From Patescibacteria group bacterium (GTDB taxonomy: Bacteria > Patescibacteriota > Minisyncoccia > JAHIHE01 > JAGLIN01): a DNA stretch of 64,000 bases. The translations under genes were made by a program, and so were the position numbers. The stretch covers positions 4,512 to 68,511 of the forward strand of contig JARGGI010000003.1 of assembly GCA_029210775.1 (NCBI GenBank), given 5' to 3'. Below the pieces are notes generated by a model that searched no databases, was not told the DNA's origin, and worked only from the letters and a program-made list of their open reading frames with translations. Below, in pieces: positions 36,935-44,633 of the stretch; position 1 is the stretch's first letter; every line of letters starts with the position of its first letter.

Positions 36935-38272
36935 CTATACCTCTTTCAACAGCCTAAAGCTTTTCCGAAAAATATAAAAAGTGATGATTGCTGATAATAT
37001 GTCAGCAACTGGAAAAGCAATATATATTCCATTTAAACCCCAAAACATCGGAAGAATTAACAAAAGTGGAATGAATAAAAATACTTGCCTAAGCATTGAA
37101 ACGAATAAAGCTTGTTTTGACTTTCCCAATGCTTGATAATAACCTCCAACTACTGTTTGAAATCCAACAAAAGGAACACCGATAACAATTATTCTCAAAA
37201 TATTTTTACTGCTTTCAACCAACAACTTGTCAGAAGAAAAGATTGCAACAAGAAAATCTGGAAAAACCAAAATTATGATAAATGCGATTATTGATATGAC
37301 TGTTGCAACTTTAATAGCAAGTGTTGTTGCTCTTCGTGTGCGTTCATATTTTTGAGCACCATAGTTCGCGCCGATAATTGGCATAAGACCTTGTACTAAT
37401 CCAACAATAGGCATAAACACCATCATCAAAATTCTCATAATAATTCCAAACGCTGCAATTACAATATCTGATGAATAAATTGAAAGTGATTTATTCAAAA
37501 GTAGCATCATTACACTTGATGAAGCTTGTCTTACAAAAGATGAAAGTCCAATTAATAAACCTTCCTTTGCGATAATTATATTCAATTTTAAATCGCTTAA
37601 TTTTATTTTTATATGATTATCTTTTCCAAGAAGTATTTTAAAAACATATATAACTCCGACAATCCAAGATATAACTGTTGCCCACGCCGCACCTTTAATT
37701 CCCATATCCAATTCAAAAATAAAAATATAATCAAGAACAATATTCAACAGTGAACTTATAATCATTGCTTGCATTGCTTTATTTGCATCACCAGTTGATC
37801 TGATAATATTATTACCTCCAGCGAGAAAGATAAAAAAGATTGTGCCAAAAATAATTATACTTGCATAGTCTTTCGCAAATGGAAAAACACTACTACTTGC
37901 TCCTAAGGTTTTTAGTAAAGGTATAAATAATACAGCCCCAAAGATAGTCATTGTAATTCCAAACAAAAATGATACTGTCAGGAAATTTCCAAATGATTTT
38001 TCAGCTCTTTGACAATCACGAGAACCAATACTTCTTGAAATAATTGACGAAAAACCGACCCCTAACATCTGTGCGACCGAACCAATTACAATAACTAAAG
38101 GGAAACAAATTGCCACACCAGCCAATCCCAACGTTCCAACTCCTTTGCCAATAAAAATTGTATCAACAACATTATATAAAGTCATTACCAACATTCCAAC
38201 AGCAGCAGGCACAGATTGCTGAAATAATAACTTTGGAATTTTTTGTTCAATTAATTTTTTACTTCTTTGCAT
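36935..38272 (-). CDS. MATE-family multidrug/oligosaccharidyl-lipid efflux transporter
   Basis: Twelve predicted TM helices in two repeated halves; typical MATE N-terminus. Confidence 0.8.
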   Translation of the reverse strand: MQRSKKLIEQKIPKLLFQQSVPAAVGMLVMTLYNVVDTIFIGKGVGTLGLAGVAICFPLVIVIGSVAQMLGVGFSSIISRSIGSRDCQRAEKSFGNFLTVSFLFGITMTIFGAVLFIPLLKTLGASSSVFPFAKDYASIIIFGTIFFIFLAGGNNIIRSTGDANKAMQAMIISSLLNIVLDYIFIFELDMGIKGAAWATVISWIVGVIYVFKILLGKDNHIKIKLSDLKLNIIIAKEGLLIGLSSFVRQASSSVMMLLLNKSLSIYSSDIVIAAFGIIMRILMMVFMPIVGLVQGLMPIIGANYGAQKYERTRRATTLAIKVATVISIIAFIIILVFPDFLVAIFSSDKLLVESSKNILRIIVIGVPFVGFQTVVGGYYQALGKSKQALFVSMLRQVFLFIPLLLILPMFWGLNGIYIAFPVADILSAIITFYIFRKSFRLLKEV

Positions 38273-38516
38273 TTTTTTGTATTTTATTATTTTTTTTATC
38301 GTTCTACTTTTAATAAATTAAAGTCTATCATAGATAATTTATGCCAAAGTATTTTATATGTTATAAGCGATTTTTTTAAAATTATCATCTATCAAATATG
38401 ATTAAATTTATTTATAAAGCATTTTTATAAATTCACAAACATAATCGCCATGTTTTCATCTTCGATAAATCCATTCTGAAGATTAAAATATATATCAAAA
38501 AAATATATGATAATAT

Positions 38517-39326
38517 TTATTTTGCAATTATAAAATCTTCGCCAATATGTTTAAAGATATGTTGCGAGTATTTGGGATGAGAATTTCTTTCTCTTAATAA
38601 TCTTTCATATTCTTTTTTGACATCGTCGCGAGGAGGAGCTTGCAAACCTTTTAGCTCTGCAAAAATCAAGGGATTTTCCACAGCTGCCCTGCCAATCATA
38701 ACGCCTTTACAATATTTTAAACTTTCAACATCTTCTTTGGTCTTGATATCACCATTAGCGATAATATTTTTTCCAGTTTTTACACACTCAGAAAACACAC
38801 TCCAATCTGGTTTATCAGCATATGTTTCTTTGCCGTGTCTGGCATGCACAACGAAAAAATCAGCATCAACATTTTCGATCAAATTCAAATATACCTTATT
38901 ATTCTTTTCGAATTGATTCATTCCCAAACGCATCTTGATATTCGCCCCATAACCAAAACTCCTAATCGTCTCAATCATTCTTTTTACCTTTGAAACTCTT
39001 TTCATCAAAGCGCACCCCAAACCAGCCTTTACAACTTCAGGATCAGGACATCCGAGATTTAAATTAAATCCCTGGAAGCCTCGAGAAGGCCTGAAATCCT
39101 TCAAAAACTTTTCCAACAACGGTTCGCGTTGTCCAATAATCTGAATCATACAAGGAGTATCATCAAAAATCTTAATCTTGTTCATCGTAAAAGGATTTTT
39201 TTTCGCCAACGCCTGAAAACTAACTTTCTCCGTAAAAGTCATATCAGCCCCACGACATATTGTTCGAAAACAAGAATCTGTCATATTTTCAATTGGAGCC
39301 AGCATGTAATAAAATCTATCTTCCAT
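38517..39326 (-). CDS. tRNA-dihydrouridine synthase (short Dus-family TIM barrel)
   Basis: MLAPIENMTDSCFRTICRGADMTFTEKV and GFNLNLGCPDPEV motifs. Confidence 0.75.
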   Translation of the reverse strand: MEDRFYYMLAPIENMTDSCFRTICRGADMTFTEKVSFQALAKKNPFTMNKIKIFDDTPCMIQIIGQREPLLEKFLKDFRPSRGFQGFNLNLGCPDPEVVKAGLGCALMKRVSKVKRMIETIRSFGYGANIKMRLGMNQFEKNNKVYLNLIENVDADFFVVHARHGKETYADKPDWSVFSECVKTGKNIIANGDIKTKEDVESLKYCKGVMIGRAAVENPLIFAELKGLQAPPRDDVKKEYERLLRERNSHPKYSQHIFKHIGEDFIIAK

Positions 39327-39400
39327 ATATTTTATATATTATTTATAAATATATATTATCAAAGATAATTTAAGTTTTGGAAATTTATTATTCTTTGATT

Positions 39401-39430
39401 TAAAAATAACCCATTAAAAACGGGTTATTT
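39401..39430 (-). terminator. terminator after the small basic-protein gene (AATAACCC-loop-GGGTTATT followed by T-run)
   Basis: Seen directly. Confidence 0.5.
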
Positions 39431-39447
39431 AAATATTTTTCAAAAAC

Positions 39448-39573
39448 CTATTTCTTCTTGTTTCTTTTTTTGGCTTTTTTTTCAAGCATTAACCTTTTAA
39501 TTTCAAGCCGTTTTGCGGTTTTGTGAGAAGTCGATTTTTTACCTTTCCCAACACCTGTTCTTCTTTTTGCCAT
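39448..39573 (-). CDS. 41-aa highly basic small protein (MAKRRTGVGKGKKSTSHKTAKRLEIKRLMLEKKAKKRNKKK), not in the ORF track
   Basis: ATG-initiated ORF followed by a clean terminator; composition resembles small ribosomal or nucleic-acid-binding proteins; no obvious SD. Confidence 0.35.
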   Translation of the reverse strand: MAKRRTGVGKGKKSTSHKTAKRLEIKRLMLEKKAKKRNKKK

Positions 39574-39639
39574 AAAAATATATTATTAATATTAGTAATT
39601 TCTATATAAAAATAACACGCTCTTAAAAATAATGCAATA

Positions 39640-40023
39640 CTAAAAAATATAGCCCAAAAATTGTAAAAGAGCTAAATCAAGATCTTTTATAGCTTTTGGT
39701 TTCTCTGAAAAAGACGACCAAGCTCCATAAGCACTAAATATATATTTGCAATCTGGCAATAACAACGAGTCATTTGTTATGCAAACTACAGGTAAATAAC
39801 GATCTGGATCAGATATAACCTCTTCTGCAACATGATAATTAGTTAATATGTTTAACTCATCAATAAACACACCCGAGCCAGTCGCAATATATTCCGATCT
39901 ATTTGTATCCCAAATTTTAACCTGCACTATTGACTTTATATTAGAATCGTCAATTTTAGCTGATGTAATTGTGGGAAGAAAAACAAAAATAATTGATAAA
40001 AATAGTAAGTTAATTTTTTTCAT
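39640..40023 (-). CDS. secreted trypsin-like (S1C) serine protease N-terminal fragment; lacks the catalytic-Ser region
   Basis: Signal peptide MKKINLLFLSIIFVFLPTITSA; His box GSGVFIDELNILTNYHV; Asp-box-like DLDLALLQF; ends after 127 aa. Confidence 0.45.
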   Translation of the reverse strand: MKKINLLFLSIIFVFLPTITSAKIDDSNIKSIVQVKIWDTNRSEYIATGSGVFIDELNILTNYHVAEEVISDPDRYLPVVCITNDSLLLPDCKYIFSAYGAWSSFSEKPKAIKDLDLALLQFLGYIF

Positions 40024-40196
40024 GATATTAAAGTTAATTTATTATTTTACTGGCAGAAAATCACAAAGCCCCATGCCAGCTAGACCTGATAGCGTATACT
40101 ATTAGTGTGTAATTTCAAAAGCAGGTTGATTGTTGTAAAATAGATTAGGAAGATAAAATCTTAATCTATATATTTAAACAACTAACAACCAGCTCT

Positions 40197-40610
40197 ATGA
40201 AAAGTAAAACACAAAAGTTTCCATTTTACAATAGTGATGAGGAATTGCAAAAGTTTTTATCAAGTAATCTAGCAGACACACTCAAACAAACTATTAAGGT
40301 GACTGTGAAAGTCATGATTAAAGATGAAATGGAATTATTTAGAAAAGAGATGGATGAAAAACTGCAATTCAATGGATATTATCAAAGGAATATGATGTCC
40401 ACTTTAGGAAAAATAGATAATATCAATGTACCAAGATTTAGACAAAATGTAGATAATCTTGAATTAAATTCTTTAAATATTTTTCAAGATCAAAAAAATA
40501 ATTTTATTAAAATGATTCAGCAGATGCATCTTTCGCAATCAATAACGTCTGTATTATTCCTCCCGAAATTTTTTCATCTTTTTCGTTTGATATTACAACC
40601 CTTGACATAA
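40197..40610 (+). pseudogene. IS256-family (mutator-type) transposase N-terminal remnant
   Basis: FNGYYQRNMMSTLGKIDNINVPRFRQ matches the conserved RNGYYER...LRVPRDR block of IS256 transposases; only about 130 aa remain. Confidence 0.6.
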
Positions 40611-40713
40611 ATCCTGCCAAATACGGATTATTTGTTTTAAGGTCTGTAAACATCTCTTTGAAAAAATTCGGATTCTTTTTAACCTGTTGTATTACTTCGT
40701 CCTCTGATTTCAC
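40507..40713 (-). CDS. small ORF (68 aa) resembling a Nif11/NHLP-type RiPP leader that ends in GG, followed by a 16-aa C-terminal segment
   Basis: MKSEDEVIQQVKKNPNFFKEMF... acidic helical N-terminus; ...NEKDEKISGG | IIQTLLIAKDASAESF; SD AGGTGA with GTG start; borders the island. Confidence 0.4.
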   Translation of the reverse strand: MKSEDEVIQQVKKNPNFFKEMFTDLKTNNPYLAGFMSRVVISNEKDEKISGGIIQTLLIAKDASAESF

Positions 40714-40844
40714 CTATATCACCTCGTTTAATTGTGTGTAAAAGCACTATTGTCATTTTGACTAATCAGTATAGCAAATTTAAACCAAAAGTCAACAGTA
40801 ATGGGTATAAAAAATAACCCTTTAGATAAAGGGATATTTTATAA

Positions 40845-40946
40845 TACTCATGTCAGGACAACTTTCGAACTTTTGATTGGGTGAAAACAATGCTTGTGCC
40901 AGAGCTTGTAATAAAAGATATCAATCAATTATTGTCACTGGCATGA
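40845..40946 (+). pseudogene. truncated paralog (copy 1) of the small ORF 43508..43675; conserved C-terminal 30 codons present, no start codon, stop just upstream
   Basis: Frame encodes ...QDNFRTFDWVKTMLVPELVIKDINQLLSLA*. Its nucleotide differences from copy 2 are mostly synonymous in this frame; the same upstream hairpin as copy 2 is present. Confidence 0.4.
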
Positions 40947-41120
40947 ATCTCACTGCGGGTCTCCGACTCCGCAGGTCGTCATCATGATATTACTCATTCA
41001 AACATCCAGAATATTCTATTTTTATACAATTATATTAGTCCCACTTGTTATGGGCTGCAATTCATCTCTGTGTGTCTTTAAAAACAGCATAGGATGTTCT
41101 TGCCGAAATTTATATATTTT

Positions 41121-41150
41121 AATACGATTTCGTTAAATCGTATTTTCTAA
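41121..41150 (+). terminator. rho-independent terminator (AATACGATTT-cgtt-AAATCGTATT, then TTTT) after copy 1
   Basis: Seen directly. Confidence 0.5.
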
Positions 41151-41167
41151 ACCGCAAAAAAACACAT

Positions 41168-41788
41168 TTATATTTTTTTAGAAATAATATAAAACCAGTC
41201 TCTTTTATGGGCAGAGAACTTCTTAATATAAAATGACTTAAAACCACATTTGGTTAAATAAACTAGAATTTCCTTTTTTGTGAATTTATTAAAAACAAAA
41301 TCATCAGGTTCTATATCTCCTTTTTCTTTCTTCATAGCAATAACCCCAAAAACGCCATTTTTCTTTAAGGTTCTTCTAACTTCTTTTAAAGAACTTTCAA
41401 TATCATTGAAAGTTAAATGCGTAAACAAAGAAGAAGAGGCCCAAATTCCATCAAAATAATTACCTTCAAAAATGAGCTGCACCATATTCATTAAATAAAA
41501 TTTACCCTTATTATTTTTATTGGCATAAGCTATCATTTTCTCAGATATATCTATTCCAAAACCATCATAGCCTTTTTCGATAAAATATTTTACATCCCTA
41601 CCAGTTCCACTTCCCATATCTAAAATTTTTCCTTTTTTAGATACACATTCTAAAAACTTATCAAGCTTATCTTGCATAAGTACATCCCCACTTTTTAAAT
41701 AGGAATCTAGATTATTATTATACCAGCTTTTTACTTCTTTATAGACCTGTTTCATAAAAAATCGAGAAGTAACTTTGCTACTTCTCAT
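41168..41788 (-). CDS. class I SAM-dependent methyltransferase
   Basis: Motif I ILDMGSGTGRD; 206 aa; no SD of its own; starts 8 nt after the preceding small ORF. Confidence 0.8.
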   Translation of the reverse strand: MRSSKVTSRFFMKQVYKEVKSWYNNNLDSYLKSGDVLMQDKLDKFLECVSKKGKILDMGSGTGRDVKYFIEKGYDGFGIDISEKMIAYANKNNKGKFYLMNMVQLIFEGNYFDGIWASSSLFTHLTFNDIESSLKEVRRTLKKNGVFGVIAMKKEKGDIEPDDFVFNKFTKKEILVYLTKCGFKSFYIKKFSAHKRDWFYIISKKI

Positions 41789-41796
41789 ATTAAAAT

Positions 41797-41904
41797 TTAA
41801 CGTTTATGCGAGAACTTTAATCGATTAAGTTCCACAGCTTTGGCAGCAGAAAGAAATGTTCTGATCTGCCTTGTTCTCACCAATATAGATGGAAACAAAC
41901 ACAC
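41797..41904 (-). CDS. 35-aa ORF (GTG start; MCLFPSILVRTRQIRTFLSAAKAVELNRLKFSHKR) with a strong SD, between the rSAM and methyltransferase genes
   Basis: AAGGAGGTGA 5 nt before the GTG; not in the ORF track (too short); candidate small peptide or coupling ORF. Confidence 0.35.
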   Translation of the reverse strand: MCLFPSILVRTRQIRTFLSAAKAVELNRLKFSHKR

Positions 41905-41953
41905 TTTCACCTCCTTATTTTTTGTATTCGTTGCACAACAAGCTTAGTATTTG

Positions 41954-43252
41954 CTACCGGCTTGCTTTCTCAAACATTTTTTTACTATAGAGTACTTTAA
42001 AGAATATTTCTCTATCTTCTTCCGATTTTACTGGCAACTCTAATTCATGCCATTTAAAGGCATTCCCATTCTGGGGTAGTTTAAGAGCAACGTTATATCC
42101 CTCCTCATCAAGAAATACCAATTCATCATTATACAATACCACACCGCCAAATTCCTCAGTTCTAATTTTTACATCACTTTTGAGCCGCAAATATTCCGGC
42201 ACAATAAAATCAAACTGAGAATGATTAACAACGGGTTTTATTAATTCCGGATTAGTCATGAGGGGGTCTTTCCCACGAATGTCGCCATAAAAAAGCTTAG
42301 CATCCATTCTACAGCCTCCAGAACATTGCAGGAGATAAGAACAGGTTTTACATGTTTCGTAGAGAAAAATACCATCACGCCATTCTTGCATCGCTAACCA
42401 GCATTCTCTTAAAGATTTCTCAAACAAATTACCATAGCTCATATCTGCATGGGCACAGGGACGTACTGATCCATCCGGAGAAACGGAACAATTAAATATT
42501 CCTGCGGTACAATTACGACGCGTAAATTGCTGATATTTTTCCATATCCTGAATAAAACAAAGTGGATAAGTTTCTAATATTTCTACCCACATTCCAAAAT
42601 CTATTTGCAGCCGCAGTAAATCGTCCATTGATTGCTTAAATTGCTGAGGCGTTCCACGATAATTCTTATACTCAGTGTTAGGGGAAGGTGCAACCTTAGT
42701 TGCAGAAAAACGCAACAAGCCAAGTTCATGAGCTAATTTTCCAGTTTCATAAACCTGATAAGCATTTTCCTTACGCACAACCATATTTGCGCTTGTTAAT
42801 ACTCCAGCATCTGTAAGCATGCGAATTTTTGGGAGCAAACGCTTATGGAAACCCTTACGTTGTATTATCTTATCATGTACTTCTGGCTGATAAGACAATA
42901 ACGTTGTCAATACTCCAACTCCATGATCACTAAAAAAACGCGTCATTTCTGGAGTAAGCTTTTGTAAATTGCTATTACAATAAACCCCTAGTCCCAATTC
43001 TCTTGCTTTCCCAATACCAGCCTTAAGAGTATCTTTAAACATTAATGGCTCACCACCAGTAAAGCACACTGACATTACCTTCCAGCGAGCAAGTTCTTCT
43101 ACTAATGTTTTAACCTGATTCGGACTCAGATGTTTCGTTTCCTCTTTTTGAATATTTTGACATGCCCGATAACAATGACTACAAACTTGATTGCAATCAT
43201 CAGTTACTTCGATTTGTACCGAAAGTGGCGCACTAAGTGTTCTGTATAACAT
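41954..43252 (-). CDS. radical SAM enzyme with C-terminal SPASM domain (anSME/peptide-maturase type)
   Basis: CNQVCSHC (CxxxCxxC) at aa 20-27; C-terminal auxiliary cluster motifs CTAGIFNCSVSPDGSVRPC and CKTCSYLLQCSGGC. Confidence 0.85.
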   Translation of the reverse strand: MLYRTLSAPLSVQIEVTDDCNQVCSHCYRACQNIQKEETKHLSPNQVKTLVEELARWKVMSVCFTGGEPLMFKDTLKAGIGKARELGLGVYCNSNLQKLTPEMTRFFSDHGVGVLTTLLSYQPEVHDKIIQRKGFHKRLLPKIRMLTDAGVLTSANMVVRKENAYQVYETGKLAHELGLLRFSATKVAPSPNTEYKNYRGTPQQFKQSMDDLLRLQIDFGMWVEILETYPLCFIQDMEKYQQFTRRNCTAGIFNCSVSPDGSVRPCAHADMSYGNLFEKSLRECWLAMQEWRDGIFLYETCKTCSYLLQCSGGCRMDAKLFYGDIRGKDPLMTNPELIKPVVNHSQFDFIVPEYLRLKSDVKIRTEEFGGVVLYNDELVFLDEEGYNVALKLPQNGNAFKWHELELPVKSEEDREIFFKVLYSKKMFEKASR

Positions 43253-43422
43253 TATCTGCCTCTATATTTTAAAAGAACTCATCTGATTAAAAAGTTTCTT
43301 TTTAATCATCCTTCCTTGTAAATAACTTTAACAAATCCAAAGATATTGTCAATACAGAGAGGATTTTTGTTGCGAATTGATAGAATATATTCCCCTATCA
43401 AAAGTTCTAACGTCCCTTTTTG

Positions 43423-43462
43423 GGTATAAAAATAATCCTTTAAACAAAGGATTATTTTTGTT
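43423..43462. terminator. hairpin (AAAATAATCCTTT-aaac-AAAGGATTATTTTT) upstream of copy 2; a homologous hairpin precedes copy 1 at 40806..40838
   Basis: Seen directly in both copies. Confidence 0.45.
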
Positions 43463-43507
43463 GGCTCCGCATCGTGAACGATGTTAGAACCATTTTTTTA
43501 AATTTAA

Positions 43508-43675
43508 ATGAGAATGCTTTTATCCCAGACCTCTCCGCACAGAGGCAGATTTAGTTTATTGATTGTCATATTGCTCGCTTGGCGGGACAGCTTTCGAACC
43601 TTTGATTGGGTAAAAGCGTTGCCTGTACCAGAGTTAGTGATTCGGCAAATTGGGCAATTATTAGAGCTTGCGTAA
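43508..43675 (+). CDS. small ORF (55 aa; MRMLLSQTSPHRGRFSLLIVILLAWRDSFRTFDWVKALPVPELVIRQIGQLLELA), copy 2 of a paralog pair; candidate precursor peptide
   Basis: ATG start; C-terminal 30 aa conserved with copy 1 through mainly synonymous substitutions; aromatic/Lys motif FRTFDWVK; a partial third copy of the 5' region lies at 43696..43760. Confidence 0.45.
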   Translation: MRMLLSQTSPHRGRFSLLIVILLAWRDSFRTFDWVKALPVPELVIRQIGQLLELA

Positions 43676-43894
43676 AAATATAATAAATATTCTATTCACA
43701 CGGTGGCAGATTTAGTTTATTTAATATTTTCAGTGCTCCGCTTTTCTTATCATTATTAACAATCTAACAGAAAGAGGTCGTTTGTCAATATGCTATTATG
43801 CAATGCTATTATGCAAGTTAATTTCTTTGTTATTATTCCCTCAATCAATAACCTCTCTCGGACTTACGCCGTTGCCAGGGCTGGTGATTTATAA

Positions 43895-44575
43895 TTAATT
43901 TCTATATTTTTGAATTCTACCTTCTTTAGAAACCCACATATCGCCAAATCCATAAAGTTTTCCTGATTCTGATAATTCAACCCATGATCCTTTTTCACCA
44001 ATAGCAACAAACTGCGTTTTAGATTCTAGCCTTAAATTCTTAAACGCATTAAAGGCAACTTCTGCGGTTTTCTCTTGAGAGTGGACAAGACACCCCAAAT
44101 CGATAATACCCCAACCTTTCTTCCATATTGCTCTATTGTCTTCAATGTCTGTATACCAAGCAGCGAGCGCCTGAACACCAGCGCTTATCCCGACAATAAC
44201 AATGCCTTTTTTTATTGCACGTTTTAATACCGGTAATAATTGCCAACGATCAAACAAAGATAGAAGATATTCTGTTTTTCCTCCTCCAAAATAAATTACT
44301 GAAGATTCCATTATGGCTACTTCAGCTGCTTCTTTGCCTTCTAATTCAACAACCGCTCGGAAATTAAAATCATTTTCAAAAATTTTCCGCATCGAATTAA
44401 TATAATCAATACTGTCTTTCGCAGCAGTTGGGAAAAAAATAAAATTAGCTCTATCTTTTTGTAAAGCAAATTTTTTTATTGCTATATCGACTGATTTTGT
44501 TTCGCCTTTTTTTATTTCACCTCCGCCTATGAGAAAAATTTTATTTTGCATAATAATATATTTAATTGAAAACAA
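43895..44575 (-). CDS. peptidase S51 / cyanophycinase-dipeptidase E family (type-1 glutamine amidotransferase-like fold)
   Basis: GGG...FFPTA..., YFGGGKTEYLL and the nucleophile elbow GISAGV; start at 44575 (TTG) or 44551 (ATG). Confidence 0.7.
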   Translation of the reverse strand: MFSIKYIIMQNKIFLIGGGEIKKGETKSVDIAIKKFALQKDRANFIFFPTAAKDSIDYINSMRKIFENDFNFRAVVELEGKEAAEVAIMESSVIYFGGGKTEYLLSLFDRWQLLPVLKRAIKKGIVIVGISAGVQALAAWYTDIEDNRAIWKKGWGIIDLGCLVHSQEKTAEVAFNAFKNLRLESKTQFVAIGEKGSWVELSESGKLYGFGDMWVSKEGRIQKYRN

Positions 44576-44633
44576 TTTTGTAAGTGATAGTTAAAAAATT
44601 ACCCTCTACTAATTGCGTAAAGGGCGGTAATAA

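Noticed and set aside
39576-40200. Second copy of the tRNA-Asn 3' end (att-site direct repeat) at the left island boundary
   Set aside because: No match to GGATTCGAACCCC or the acceptor segment near the IS256 remnant; the boundary is probably eroded by IS activity.
43253-43309. 15-codon ORF (MIKKKLFNQMSSFKI) directly upstream of the rSAM/SPASM gene as a PqqA-like precursor
   Set aside because: The apparent SD (AAGGAAGG) abuts the ATG with no spacer, so initiation is implausible; no aromatic or Cys residues to modify.
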